Source: an uncultured delta proteobacterium (GTDB taxonomy: Bacteria > Myxococcota_A > Polyangia > Palsa-1104). From it: a stretch of DNA of 64,000 bases. Below the pieces are notes generated by a model that was not told the DNA's origin, searched no databases, and saw nothing but the letters and a program-made list of their open reading frames with translations. The stretch lies in assembly GCA_963785725.1 (NCBI GenBank), contig CAWAWS010000047.1, positions 96,001-160,000 of the forward strand, written 5' to 3'. Positions 53,498-62,132 of this stretch are shown here, piece after piece; the stretch's first letter is position 1; each line of letters starts with the position of its first letter. Made by a program: the position numbers and the translations under genes.

Positions 53498-54655
53498 ATG
53501 TTGCAGCGCGCCCTACGAAGCTTTTGGTCAGTCCCGGTCGTGGTGCTTCTGCCGCTCGCCGGCTGCGGCGGCAGTGACAAGGCCATCGTCGACGCGCCCG
53601 CCGACATGTCCGTCGCGACGGGCGGCGACGCCAGCGCCAGCAATCAGCTGACCGAGACGGCGCTGACCGTGAGCCTGGAGCTCGTCGCGCCGACGACGAC
53701 CGGCGTGAGCGACGGCGGCGTGCCGGCGAGCGAGCAGCTGCGCATCACGACGCGCGACGGCGTCACCGCCGTGCGCACCGACTTGTGGCTGTACACGCTC
53801 ACCGGCGGCAAGATGCAGGAGCTGGACGCGTTCACGGCGACGATCGGGCGCAAGACGAGCCACCTCATGCTGCCGGCGACGATCGGCGGCGCGCCGTCGG
53901 GCCTCGCGCCTGCCGACGACGGCCGCAACAACGGCCTCATGACCGACAGCGCGCGCGGCTCGCTCATCCAAGGCGCCTTCGTCACCGCCATCGACGGCAC
54001 CATCATCGTCACCTTCGCCACGGCGCCGACCGATCCCATCGTCGTCGTCGCCGGCGTCGAAGATCAGCGCTACGCCGGCGCCGCCGTCATCAATCCCGAC
54101 GGCACGCCCGGCGACGTTCCCGCCGGTGTGGGCGCGCCCGAGACGCACGATCGCGTCTCCTACACGCACGACGTGGCGCCCATCCTCAAGAAGCAGTGCG
54201 TCGACGCCTGCCACGACTCTGACGGGCCGCTGACCGCCCCGCTCTACCTGATGGATACGCAGGACCATCTCGTGAACGCCAACTTCGCGCTCGCCGAGCA
54301 GACGGCCGACTGCAACACGAAGTATCCGAACGGCGGGCAGGCGCTGGCGTCGTGCATCCAGAACATCACGCAGGCGCAGTATCTCGTCGAGCCGGGCGCG
54401 CCGTCGCTGTCGGACCTCTTGCAGCGGGCGCGGCCGGACGAGAACGCGAGCACGTCAGCGACGGGCCTGTTGTGGTACGGCGGCGGCAATCCGAAGGCGC
54501 GCTACAACGCGACCTATGGCGACCGGCGCATGCCCTCGACCACGACCAGCCTCGTGACGACCGACTGGACCAATCAGCAGCCGACCTACTTCGACATGAC
54601 GCCCAAGGATTTCCAGACCATCTACGACTGGGTGGCGCAGGGCGCGTTGCCGTAA
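53498..54655 (+). CDS. Lipoprotein with c-type cytochrome-like C-terminal domain
   Basis: GAGGAG RBS, lipobox LAGC; VSYTHDVAPILKKQCVDACH...VEPG...RMP...IYDWVAQGA resembles planctomycete-type cytochrome c domains. Confidence 0.65.
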   Translation: MLQRALRSFWSVPVVVLLPLAGCGGSDKAIVDAPADMSVATGGDASASNQLTETALTVSLELVAPTTTGVSDGGVPASEQLRITTRDGVTAVRTDLWLYTLTGGKMQELDAFTATIGRKTSHLMLPATIGGAPSGLAPADDGRNNGLMTDSARGSLIQGAFVTAIDGTIIVTFATAPTDPIVVVAGVEDQRYAGAAVINPDGTPGDVPAGVGAPETHDRVSYTHDVAPILKKQCVDACHDSDGPLTAPLYLMDTQDHLVNANFALAEQTADCNTKYPNGGQALASCIQNITQAQYLVEPGAPSLSDLLQRARPDENASTSATGLLWYGGGNPKARYNATYGDRRMPSTTTSLVTTDWTNQQPTYFDMTPKDFQTIYDWVAQGALP

Positions 54656-54684
54656 ACACTACGGCCACGCACGTTTCAACGCGG

Positions 54685-54726
54685 GCGCGCGGTCGATTGC
54701 TCGATCGCGCGCGCTTTTCCTTTTCT
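54685..54726 (+). terminator. Probable Rho-independent terminator
   Basis: GCGCGCGGTCGA-TTGC-TCGATCGCGCGC then a T-rich run, 30 nt after the 54655 stop. Confidence 0.6.
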
Positions 54727-54734
54727 TGGGCGCG

Positions 54735-55157
54735 CTAGCGGAGGCGGGCGCGCGCAGGCGCCGAACGCAGCGCCGCCGCGCGACGCAAGAGCGCGAAGCC
54801 GAGGATGCCGCCCGCCGTCACCAGCGCCGCTGCCACCAAGCCAGCCGACGAGCGCCGCTGCTTCATGACGCGCCGCCGCCCGGCCCGCTCGGTGAACGCC
54901 GCGCCGACGATGGCCGCCGACAGCGTCAACGCCGACAACGTCGCCAACGCCGTCGAGTGCCGCTTGGCGACGGCGACGATCTCGCCTGGAATCGCCGCCA
55001 CCTCCTGCACGCGCTCGACGGCCACCGTCACGCGCTCGACCGTCTGCCGCACGCGCCCGGCCAGCTCCAACAGATGCTGATGGCTGCGCTCGCGCAGCGC
55101 CTCCAGCTCGCTGCGCGCCTGCGCCACTTCGTCTACGACAGGTTTGTCTGCGCCCAC
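54735..55157 (-). CDS. Hypothetical membrane protein (DUF3618-like N terminus)
   Basis: EVAQARSELEALR coiled coil then two hydrophobic segments; overlaps the end of the upstream gene. Confidence 0.5.
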   Translation of the reverse strand: MGADKPVVDEVAQARSELEALRERSHQHLLELAGRVRQTVERVTVAVERVQEVAAIPGEIVAVAKRHSTALATLSALTLSAAIVGAAFTERAGRRRVMKQRRSSAGLVAAALVTAGGILGFALLRRAAALRSAPARARLR

Positions 55158-55504
55158 TTCAGCTCCTTGTCGAGCTCGAGGCTGCTCACCGGCAGCAACG
55201 TGCGCACGCGCCGTCGCCAGCCGAGCGCGCACAGGACGGCGCCGGCCGCCAAGAGCGGCGCCGCCAACACCAACGAGCCGGCCCAATGTCGCCCGCCCAT
55301 CGCCACGCCGAGGCCCATCGCCGCGGCCACGAGCAGCATCAGCATGCCGCTCAACGCCAAGCCCGCGCCCAAGCCGATGAGCACCAGCATGCGCCGCTCC
55401 TGCACGAGCTGCTCGGTCGCCTCCAGCCGCAAGAGCTTCATCTGCTGCTCGGCCACCGCCATCAAGTGCGACAGCGTGCCCTTGACCAGCTCGAGCGTCT
55501 TCAT
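55133..55504 (-). CDS. YqjE-like (holin superfamily III) membrane protein
   Basis: MKLLRLE motif, 2 TM, C-terminal LP.S..ELDKE..W. Confidence 0.65.
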   Translation of the reverse strand: MKTLELVKGTLSHLMAVAEQQMKLLRLEATEQLVQERRMLVLIGLGAGLALSGMLMLLVAAAMGLGVAMGGRHWAGSLVLAAPLLAAGAVLCALGWRRRVRTLLPVSSLELDKELKWAQTNLS

Positions 55505-55607
55505 GTCGCTTGGTTCCTGCACGGTCGCCGCCCCTTTCGCCGAATGCCGCTGATCTAATTGTATACGCAGCGAAACGACCGATGGCAGACCCAAGCGCGT
55601 CAAAACG

Positions 55608-56321
55608 TCAGGGAACACGTTGATCGTGCAAGCGAATGAGCTCTTCGGTGAGATCGTATCCGGCCACCGGGAAGGTCGCTCGCCGACGATAAACGAGCCT
55701 GCGGCCGTCATCGGTCGCCTCGAACACGGCGTCGAGCTGGTGCTGCTTGGCCAGAGCTTCGAGGTCCGGCTTCAGCCGGGCGATGAGGGCCAGGTTCGCC
55801 TCCTTCGTGTGACGCTGCAGCTCCTCGCTCAGCTCGTCGAAGCGGTGGCGCAACGGCCCATGCTGCAACGCCTGCGTCACCTGCTGTCGCTGCTCCAGCG
55901 TCGGCGTGCCTTGGATGCCCAATTGCGCGATGACCGCCCGTTGCATGCGATCGAGCTCTCCCTGCTTGAGGTCGAGCTCTTTTTGCAGCCGCGCGTGCTC
56001 GGCGACGCCGTCATGCGATCGATCGAACACCGCTCGTAAGCTGAAGCGACCGAGCCGCTCGCCCGCGCGCACGGGATGCGCCTCTTTGCCGAGCAGCACC
56101 ATCGTCACGTCGAGATCGGGCGCCGCATAGAACAGCTGATCGTCCTCGAAGACGAGGTTGAGGCCATGTTGGCGCGCGAACGATGCCGTCAGCCGGTTCA
56201 CCTCTCGTTGGCTCGGCAGCGACTGCACGGAGGCCCACTCGTCGCGGTTGACGACCGCGAAGCGCGGCGGCGCGGCACAGGCGGCGACCCACACGAACAC
56301 GAACGCGACGCGGCGGCTCAC
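55608..56321 (-). CDS. OmpH/Skp-like protein with lipoprotein signal
   Basis: Lipobox VAAC; AVFDRS..G...LQKE coiled coil, LEALAKQHQLDAVFE, LVY, DLTEELIR. Confidence 0.62.
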   Translation of the reverse strand: MSRRVAFVFVWVAACAAPPRFAVVNRDEWASVQSLPSQREVNRLTASFARQHGLNLVFEDDQLFYAAPDLDVTMVLLGKEAHPVRAGERLGRFSLRAVFDRSHDGVAEHARLQKELDLKQGELDRMQRAVIAQLGIQGTPTLEQRQQVTQALQHGPLRHRFDELSEELQRHTKEANLALIARLKPDLEALAKQHQLDAVFEATDDGRRLVYRRRATFPVAGYDLTEELIRLHDQRVP

Positions 56322-56331
56322 GCCGCGGACG

Positions 56332-57534
56332 TTAGCGCGACTGAATCGGCAGCGTGAAGGTAAAGCGCGTGCCGTCAACCGCGTCGGACGAGACGTCGAG
56401 CCGGCCGGCGTGCGCTTGCGCGATCTCGCTGGCGATGTAGAGCCCGAGGCCGAGCCCTTGCAGCGAGCCCTGATCTTGACCGCCGCGGCTGTAGGGGCGA
56501 AACAGGCGCCCCATCGTCTCGGCCGCGATCGGCTCGCCGGCGTTCTGCACCGAAATCTGCAGCACCTTCTTCGACTGCCGGACGCGCACCTCGACGGGAC
56601 GTTCGGCGGCGCCGTGCTCGATGGCGTTGGCGACCAAGTTCGACAACAGCTGGCAGACGCGCTCTTTGTCACACCAAATCGGGCCCGCCATGTCGCTCGT
56701 GAAGCGGATTTCGCGCGCCGGATGCGTGCTCTGCAGCTCGTCGACGACATGACGCAGCGCGAGCTCGAGGTCGCGCACTTCGCCGACGTTGAGGCCGATG
56801 CCGGCGCCGAGCCGCGCGCGCGCGAAGTCGAGGAGGTCGGACACGAGCGCGCTCATGCGCCGGCCGCTCGAGCGAATGCGCTCGACGGTCTTGCGCTGCG
56901 GCTCCGGCAGCGACTGGCGCAACAGCAGATCGGCGCCCATCGTCACCGACGACAGCGGGTTACGCAGATCGTGACCGAGCACGGCAATGAACTGCTCGCG
57001 AATCTCCGCCGTCTGCTGCACGTCGAGCAGCTGCTCCTGCGTCTCGGTCTGGCGCTGCTCGGCGGCCAGCTGCGCGCCGATGAGCTCGGCGAACAGCGTC
57101 ATCATCGACACGATCTTCGGCTGATTGACCGGCGTCGGCAGCGGATCGAGCGCGCACACCGTGCCGAAGTAGTCGCCGTTGACCAAGAAAATGGGGACCG
57201 AGATGTAGCTCTCGAAGCCGTACAGCTTGGGCGTCTGATGGTTGCAATATTTGCTGTCGGTGCTGGCGTGATCCATGACGACGGTGGCGCGGGTGTCGCG
57301 TACTTCGGCGCACAGCGTCGTGGCGACGTCGAGCGTGCCGCCCGGCGCGAGCCCGAAGCCGAGATGATCGTGCACGGCGCAAGCGACCCATTGGTCCTGC
57401 GTCACGCGCGCGACCGCGCAGAAGCGCAGGCCGGTCGTCTCGGCGATGACGCGCAAGATCGTCGGAACCGCCGAGATCCGCCCGATCGCCTCGACGTCGC
57501 GATTGATCGGATCCGACTGGGAGATCGACGGCAT
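56332..57534 (-). CDS. Cytoplasmic GAF-domain histidine kinase
   Basis: GAF (TGLRF.AVARV...TTLC...ESYISVPI...FGTVCALD), LGHDLRNPL, NAIEHG, GLGLGLYI. Confidence 0.93.
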   Translation of the reverse strand: MPSISQSDPINRDVEAIGRISAVPTILRVIAETTGLRFCAVARVTQDQWVACAVHDHLGFGLAPGGTLDVATTLCAEVRDTRATVVMDHASTDSKYCNHQTPKLYGFESYISVPIFLVNGDYFGTVCALDPLPTPVNQPKIVSMMTLFAELIGAQLAAEQRQTETQEQLLDVQQTAEIREQFIAVLGHDLRNPLSSVTMGADLLLRQSLPEPQRKTVERIRSSGRRMSALVSDLLDFARARLGAGIGLNVGEVRDLELALRHVVDELQSTHPAREIRFTSDMAGPIWCDKERVCQLLSNLVANAIEHGAAERPVEVRVRQSKKVLQISVQNAGEPIAAETMGRLFRPYSRGGQDQGSLQGLGLGLYIASEIAQAHAGRLDVSSDAVDGTRFTFTLPIQSR

Positions 57535-57777
57535 TGTTCTGTGACGCTCCTTCACGAGCCCAAGAAAAAGCCTAAGCCGGCTTTTATGACGCGCAGCAAC
57601 AGCGAACGAACCGGCACCACCCAGCGAGGCTTATCGCAACGATTACGATACGTAAGCGCTGCGCTTCGAGCGACGTTTTTGGCGTTTTGGCTGTCACCGT
57701 TTTGCACGAATCGCGACGCGCATCATTCGGCACCGGGCGCGAAGAGGCGGCGCACGTGAGCGCGTCACACTGCCAAC

Positions 57778-58266
57778 ATGACCCTCTCCGATTTGCACGT
57801 GCTGGCGCTGCCGCCGGCGGAGGACGACGCGACCCACGGCGAGCTGCTCGACGGCGCGCGGGTGTTGGTGGCGGCCAGCGACGCCTGTTGGCGCTGGAGC
57901 TTGTGCGGCTGGCTCGCGCTACGCGGCGCCACGACGCGACAGGTCGGCGGCGGCGCCGAGGCGCTCGAGCTCTTGGCCGACGGTCTCCGCTTCGACCTCG
58001 TCATCGTCGATCTGCGCGGGGCGGCGCTCGACAGCGTCTGGATCGTGGCCACGCTGCGCGCGTTCGGGCTCACGCTGCCCTGCCTCATCGTCGACGGCCG
58101 GCCGCCGCAGCTGCGCGCGCGGGCGCAGCACCTCGGCGCGCGCGTGGCCGTGATGGCGCCGCTGCCGTTCGACGCGCTGCCGCGGCAGGCGCAGCGGCTG
58201 CTGGCGCCGACATTTGGGACGACGATTCATCACGTGGACGAGGCCCGCCGCAAGCACGGGTCTTGA
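57778..58266 (+). CDS. Degenerate stand-alone receiver-like protein
   Basis: RVLVA...EALELL...FDLVIVD...LPCLIV...PF pattern; acidic pair and Lys missing. Confidence 0.55.
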   Translation: MTLSDLHVLALPPAEDDATHGELLDGARVLVAASDACWRWSLCGWLALRGATTRQVGGGAEALELLADGLRFDLVIVDLRGAALDSVWIVATLRAFGLTLPCLIVDGRPPQLRARAQHLGARVAVMAPLPFDALPRQAQRLLAPTFGTTIHHVDEARRKHGS

Positions 58267-58505
58267 CGCGCGACGCTTGACGCACTTGGCCGCGGCGACG
58301 CGTGCGAAGGCCAAGTCGCCGTGGGCGTTCATTTCCTTACCTGGCGTCTGCCGGCTTGCGGCGCGTTCGTAGCGAGATGTCGCCACCCCAGTTGGGGAGC
58401 CGAGCCCCGTGCGACCTTGCGTCGTTGCCGGCGGCGACACGCGGAAGTCGGCGGCGCCCGTGACGTTCTCGGCGGGCATGCAACTGGCATTAGTCGACGC
58501 CGCAC

Positions 58506-59180
58506 ATGCCCATCTCCGTCATGCTGGCCGACGAGCATCCGCTCTTGGTTTCCGGGCTCGCCGCCTGCTTCGCCAGCGTGGCCGACGTGGCCGTCGTCGG
58601 CGGCACCAGCGACAGCGCCGGCGTGCTGACGCTGTTGAACGCGCTCGATCCCGACGTGCTCGTACTCGACCTGACGATGGGCGGCTCGAGCGGCATCGAC
58701 GTGTTGCGCCACCTGGCGGCGGCTCGCTCGCGCACGCGCGTCGTCGTCTTGTCGATGCACGCCACGGCGTCGCACGCGCTCAAAGCGGTGCGCCTCGGCG
58801 CGCTCGGCTACGTCGCCAAGCAGGCGCCGTCGAGCGAGCTGATGGCGGCCATTCGCGCCGCGGCCTCGGGGACGCGCTATCTGGCGCCGCCGTTGAGCCA
58901 GTCGATGCTGACGGATTACGAAGAGCGCCTCGAGTCGGGCCAGATCGATCTGTTTGCCACGCTGTCGCCGCGGCAGCGCGAGGTCATGAAGTACGCGGCG
59001 CTCGGTTACAACAGCCGCGAGACGGCGGAGAAGCTGCAAATCGGCAAGCGCACCGTCGAGAGCCACTTGGCGGAAGTGAACGAGCGGCTGCGGCTGCGCT
59101 CGCGGTCGGAGCTGGTGCGCAATGCCGTGCGCGTCGGGCTCATCTCATCTGAAGGCGAAGGCCTAGGCGAGGGCAAATGA
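58506..59180 (+). CDS. NarL/LuxR-family response regulator
   Basis: LADEH, DVLVLD, LSMH, YVAK; HTH LSPRQREV...TVESH. Confidence 0.92.
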   Translation: MPISVMLADEHPLLVSGLAACFASVADVAVVGGTSDSAGVLTLLNALDPDVLVLDLTMGGSSGIDVLRHLAAARSRTRVVVLSMHATASHALKAVRLGALGYVAKQAPSSELMAAIRAAASGTRYLAPPLSQSMLTDYEERLESGQIDLFATLSPRQREVMKYAALGYNSRETAEKLQIGKRTVESHLAEVNERLRLRSRSELVRNAVRVGLISSEGEGLGEGK

Positions 59181-59656
59181 ACGAGAAATGTCCGGATCGA
59201 CTGCGGCGCCGCATCTGCCAGGCGGGCTTGGCGCTGGGCGCGACGGTGGTGTTGCCGGCGTGCGGCGGCAGCGCCAAGAGCACGAGCAACGGCGGCGACT
59301 GCAGCGACATCAACACGGTCGCCGTCGGCAGCGTCAGCGACGTCGCCGTCAATGACGCCGTCTTGCACATGTTGACCACCACCGACGTGTTCGTTTGCCA
59401 CGACGCCGACGGCTTCTACGCCGTCGACGCCGGCTGCACGCATTACGGCTGCGACGTCGCGCTCAAGGCCGCCGGCGACCTGAAGCAGGGCTTTTTGTGC
59501 CCATGCCACGGCGCCACGTACGACGCGCAGGGCGAGAATCCGACGACGCCGGCGCCGAGCCCGCTGCCGCACTACTCCTTGTGCATGCAGGATTCGGGGA
59601 CGCTCGTCGTCGATCTGGATACGAACGTCGACGCCTCCTATCGGCTCAAGCCGTAA
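59177..59656 (+). CDS. Rieske [2Fe-2S] protein, Tat-exported lipoprotein
   Basis: LRRRIC twin-arginine signal, LPAC lipobox, CTHYGC and CPCHG. Confidence 0.92.
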   Translation: MNEKCPDRLRRRICQAGLALGATVVLPACGGSAKSTSNGGDCSDINTVAVGSVSDVAVNDAVLHMLTTTDVFVCHDADGFYAVDAGCTHYGCDVALKAAGDLKQGFLCPCHGATYDAQGENPTTPAPSPLPHYSLCMQDSGTLVVDLDTNVDASYRLKP

Positions 59657-59744
59657 AGCCGCTCGTCAGGCGGCGCGCGGCAGGCCGCGTTAGGCCGCAT
59701 TTTCGCCATCAATCGCTGCGCCGCTTGTTGTATGAACGTCGCCT

Positions 59745-62132
59745 ATGTCGAGGCGGATTCGGCTGTTGGCGCCGGCGGCGGCGGCGCTCGTCGCGTGCGC
59801 GATCATCTGGTTCGGCGCGTCGGCGCTCGTCTGGCGCGCGGCCGGTCCGGTCGGCTTCGACGTCACGACGACCAACGGCGCCGGCGCGATCGTGGCGCAC
59901 GCGCGGGCGAGCCAGCTGTTGACGCCGGAAGTGGCGCCGACGCCGCCCGTGCACGGCACGCTCGTGGCGCGCGCGACGTTCCTGGCCGAGATCGACGGCA
60001 GCTACGAGTGGCAGCTGGGCGGCTCCAGCGCGTCCACGCTCTTCGTCGACGGGCAGCTCATCTATTCGCCGAAGCCGGGACGCGTGGCCATGAAGTCGCA
60101 GCCGCTGACGGCGGGGCTGCATCAGCTCGAGGTCACGCTGCGCAACGCCGACGGAGCGGGCGCGATCGCGTTCGGCGTGCGGCCGCCGTGGCGGCCGTGG
60201 CGCGGCGCGCTGGCCGGTCGCGGCGAGGTCGTGGCGCTGCCGGTCGCCGACGTGCGCGCGCGGCTGGGTGCGCACCCGGTCGCGACCTTGTGGCTCATCG
60301 ACGCCGCGCCGGCGCTGCTGCTGCTCGGCCTCCTGCTCGCTGCGGCCGTCGTCATGGGCGCGACGCGACGCCGCCACGTGCGCGACTACGTCGTCACGCT
60401 GGCCGGCGATAGCGACGGTCGCCGCTTCCTGCTCGTCGTCGCCTTCGTCGCCATGTTGCTGCCGATGCTGTGGCCGTTCTTCGAGCCCGGCTTCTTCGCG
60501 TGCGGCGAAGAGGAGTCGTACATCGTGCGGCTCGGCGAGTACAAGCTGGCGATCTTGGGCGGCGTGCCGATGGGCCGCTGGTGGCCCGATCCGGTGTATG
60601 GCCGCGGCTATCCGTTCTTGTGCGTCTACGCGCCGCTGCTCTACATCCTGGCGACGCCGCTCCTGCTCGTCGGCGTGTCGCCGGTGGTGACGGTCAAGCT
60701 GTTGTCGGCGCTGGTCGTCATCGTCGGCAGCTGGGCGACCTACGCGATCGCGCGCCGGCGCGCCTCGACGCCGGCGTCGCTGGTGGCGGCGACGCTGTAC
60801 ATGTACGCGCCCTATCTGCACACCGACGTCTGGATTCGCGAGGATCTGGCCGAAGCGCTCGGCTTCGCCTGCTTTCCGCTGGCCCTGCTGACGCTCGAAC
60901 GCGCGCTCGATCGCACCGGCGAAGGCGCTGACGTGAGCGGCCGCTCGCGCGACATCGCCTACCTGGCGTTAGCGCTGGCCGCGCTCGGCTGCTCGCACAA
61001 CATCACCGCCTACTTCGCCGTCTTCTTCTTGGGGCTGTGGCTCATCCTGCGCGTGGCGCTGCACACCGTCGACAAAGCGGGCATCGTGCGGACGCTGTGG
61101 GGCGCGCTCTTCGGCTTTCTCTTGTGCGTCTTTTATGCGCTGCCGGCGCTCGGCGACGCCAATCGCATCTGGATCGAGCGCGTCATGCGCGGCTATTACA
61201 ATCCGGCCGGGCACTTCCTGGCGCCGCTGACGTTCTTCGTGACCGAGCCGCACTGGACCATGCGGCTCTTCCTCGGCACCGGGCCGCTCGTCGCCACCCT
61301 CGCGGGCCTGGTCGCGCTGGCGCTGAAGCGGCCGCCGAACCAGCCGCTCGTCGCCGAGCGCGCCAACGCGCGGACGCTGGCGCTATTGGGCGCGTCGGGG
61401 CTGCTCTTGTCGTTCATCATCGCCACGCGGCCGCTCGGGCCCGTCTTCGTGCGCTTCGTGCCGCTGGCGAATCACGTGCAGTTTCCGTGGCGGCTGCTGC
61501 TCTTCTCGGCGAGCTTGGCGCCCTTGTGCGCGCCGGCGGCGGTCGACGGCTTTCTGCGCACGGCGCGGGCGCGCTGGACCTTCGCCGTCCTCGCCATCGT
61601 GGGCACGATCATGCTGCTGGCGCCGGTGTATGGCCCGCCGGCGCCGCTCGTGCGCAGCCGCCTCGACGTGCAGCCGTTCCTGCGCGGCCTCGAGATCGAT
61701 TACGTCACGAGCATGAACGAGTACCTGCCCATTACCGTGCGACATACCGTCCCCAAGTTCGGCGAGATCGTCCACGGCGTCGCCGGCAGGCTGTCGTTCG
61801 TCGACTCCTCGCGCTCGCCCGGACGTTACGCGGCGACGGTCGAGGGCGACGGCGGCACGCTCGAGTTCAACGCGCACTGGTTCCCCGGCTGGCGCGCTTA
61901 CGTCGACGAGGTGGCGCACGACATCGGCCCCGGCCACGACGGCTTCGACGGCGGCGGGCTCATTCGCGTCAACGTGCCCGCCGGCCGTCACAGCGTGCGG
62001 CTGGCGTTCGGCCGCACGCCGCTGCGCGCCGCCTGCGACATCGTGTCGGCGCTGGCGCTCTTCGTCGTGCTCGGGCTGGGGCTCGGCGGCGACCGCCTCT
62101 ACCGGCGCTGGCGAGCGACGCGGCCGTCGTAG
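59745..62132 (+). CDS. Polytopic GT-C glycosyltransferase-like protein with N-terminal PA14-like domain (YfhO/PTPS-related type)
   Basis: PA14-like strands (STLFVDG...LTAGLHQL), RWWPD..GRGYP, YAPY...LAE, QFPWR, EYLP, WFPGWRAYVD, VPAGRH. Confidence 0.72.
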   Translation: MSRRIRLLAPAAAALVACAIIWFGASALVWRAAGPVGFDVTTTNGAGAIVAHARASQLLTPEVAPTPPVHGTLVARATFLAEIDGSYEWQLGGSSASTLFVDGQLIYSPKPGRVAMKSQPLTAGLHQLEVTLRNADGAGAIAFGVRPPWRPWRGALAGRGEVVALPVADVRARLGAHPVATLWLIDAAPALLLLGLLLAAAVVMGATRRRHVRDYVVTLAGDSDGRRFLLVVAFVAMLLPMLWPFFEPGFFACGEEESYIVRLGEYKLAILGGVPMGRWWPDPVYGRGYPFLCVYAPLLYILATPLLLVGVSPVVTVKLLSALVVIVGSWATYAIARRRASTPASLVAATLYMYAPYLHTDVWIREDLAEALGFACFPLALLTLERALDRTGEGADVSGRSRDIAYLALALAALGCSHNITAYFAVFFLGLWLILRVALHTVDKAGIVRTLWGALFGFLLCVFYALPALGDANRIWIERVMRGYYNPAGHFLAPLTFFVTEPHWTMRLFLGTGPLVATLAGLVALALKRPPNQPLVAERANARTLALLGASGLLLSFIIATRPLGPVFVRFVPLANHVQFPWRLLLFSASLAPLCAPAAVDGFLRTARARWTFAVLAIVGTIMLLAPVYGPPAPLVRSRLDVQPFLRGLEIDYVTSMNEYLPITVRHTVPKFGEIVHGVAGRLSFVDSSRSPGRYAATVEGDGGTLEFNAHWFPGWRAYVDEVAHDIGPGHDGFDGGGLIRVNVPAGRHSVRLAFGRTPLRAACDIVSALALFVVLGLGLGGDRLYRRWRATRPS

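Noticed and set aside
54735..55504. Holin-like gene as evidence of a prophage
   Set aside because: YqjE-like and DUF3618-like pairs are common chromosomal genes; no phage genes nearby
57728..58500. Sigma54-like elements upstream of the 57778 and 58506 genes (also upstream of 30073 and 53066)
   Set aside because: GGCA-like half present but no GC at the required 10-nt spacing
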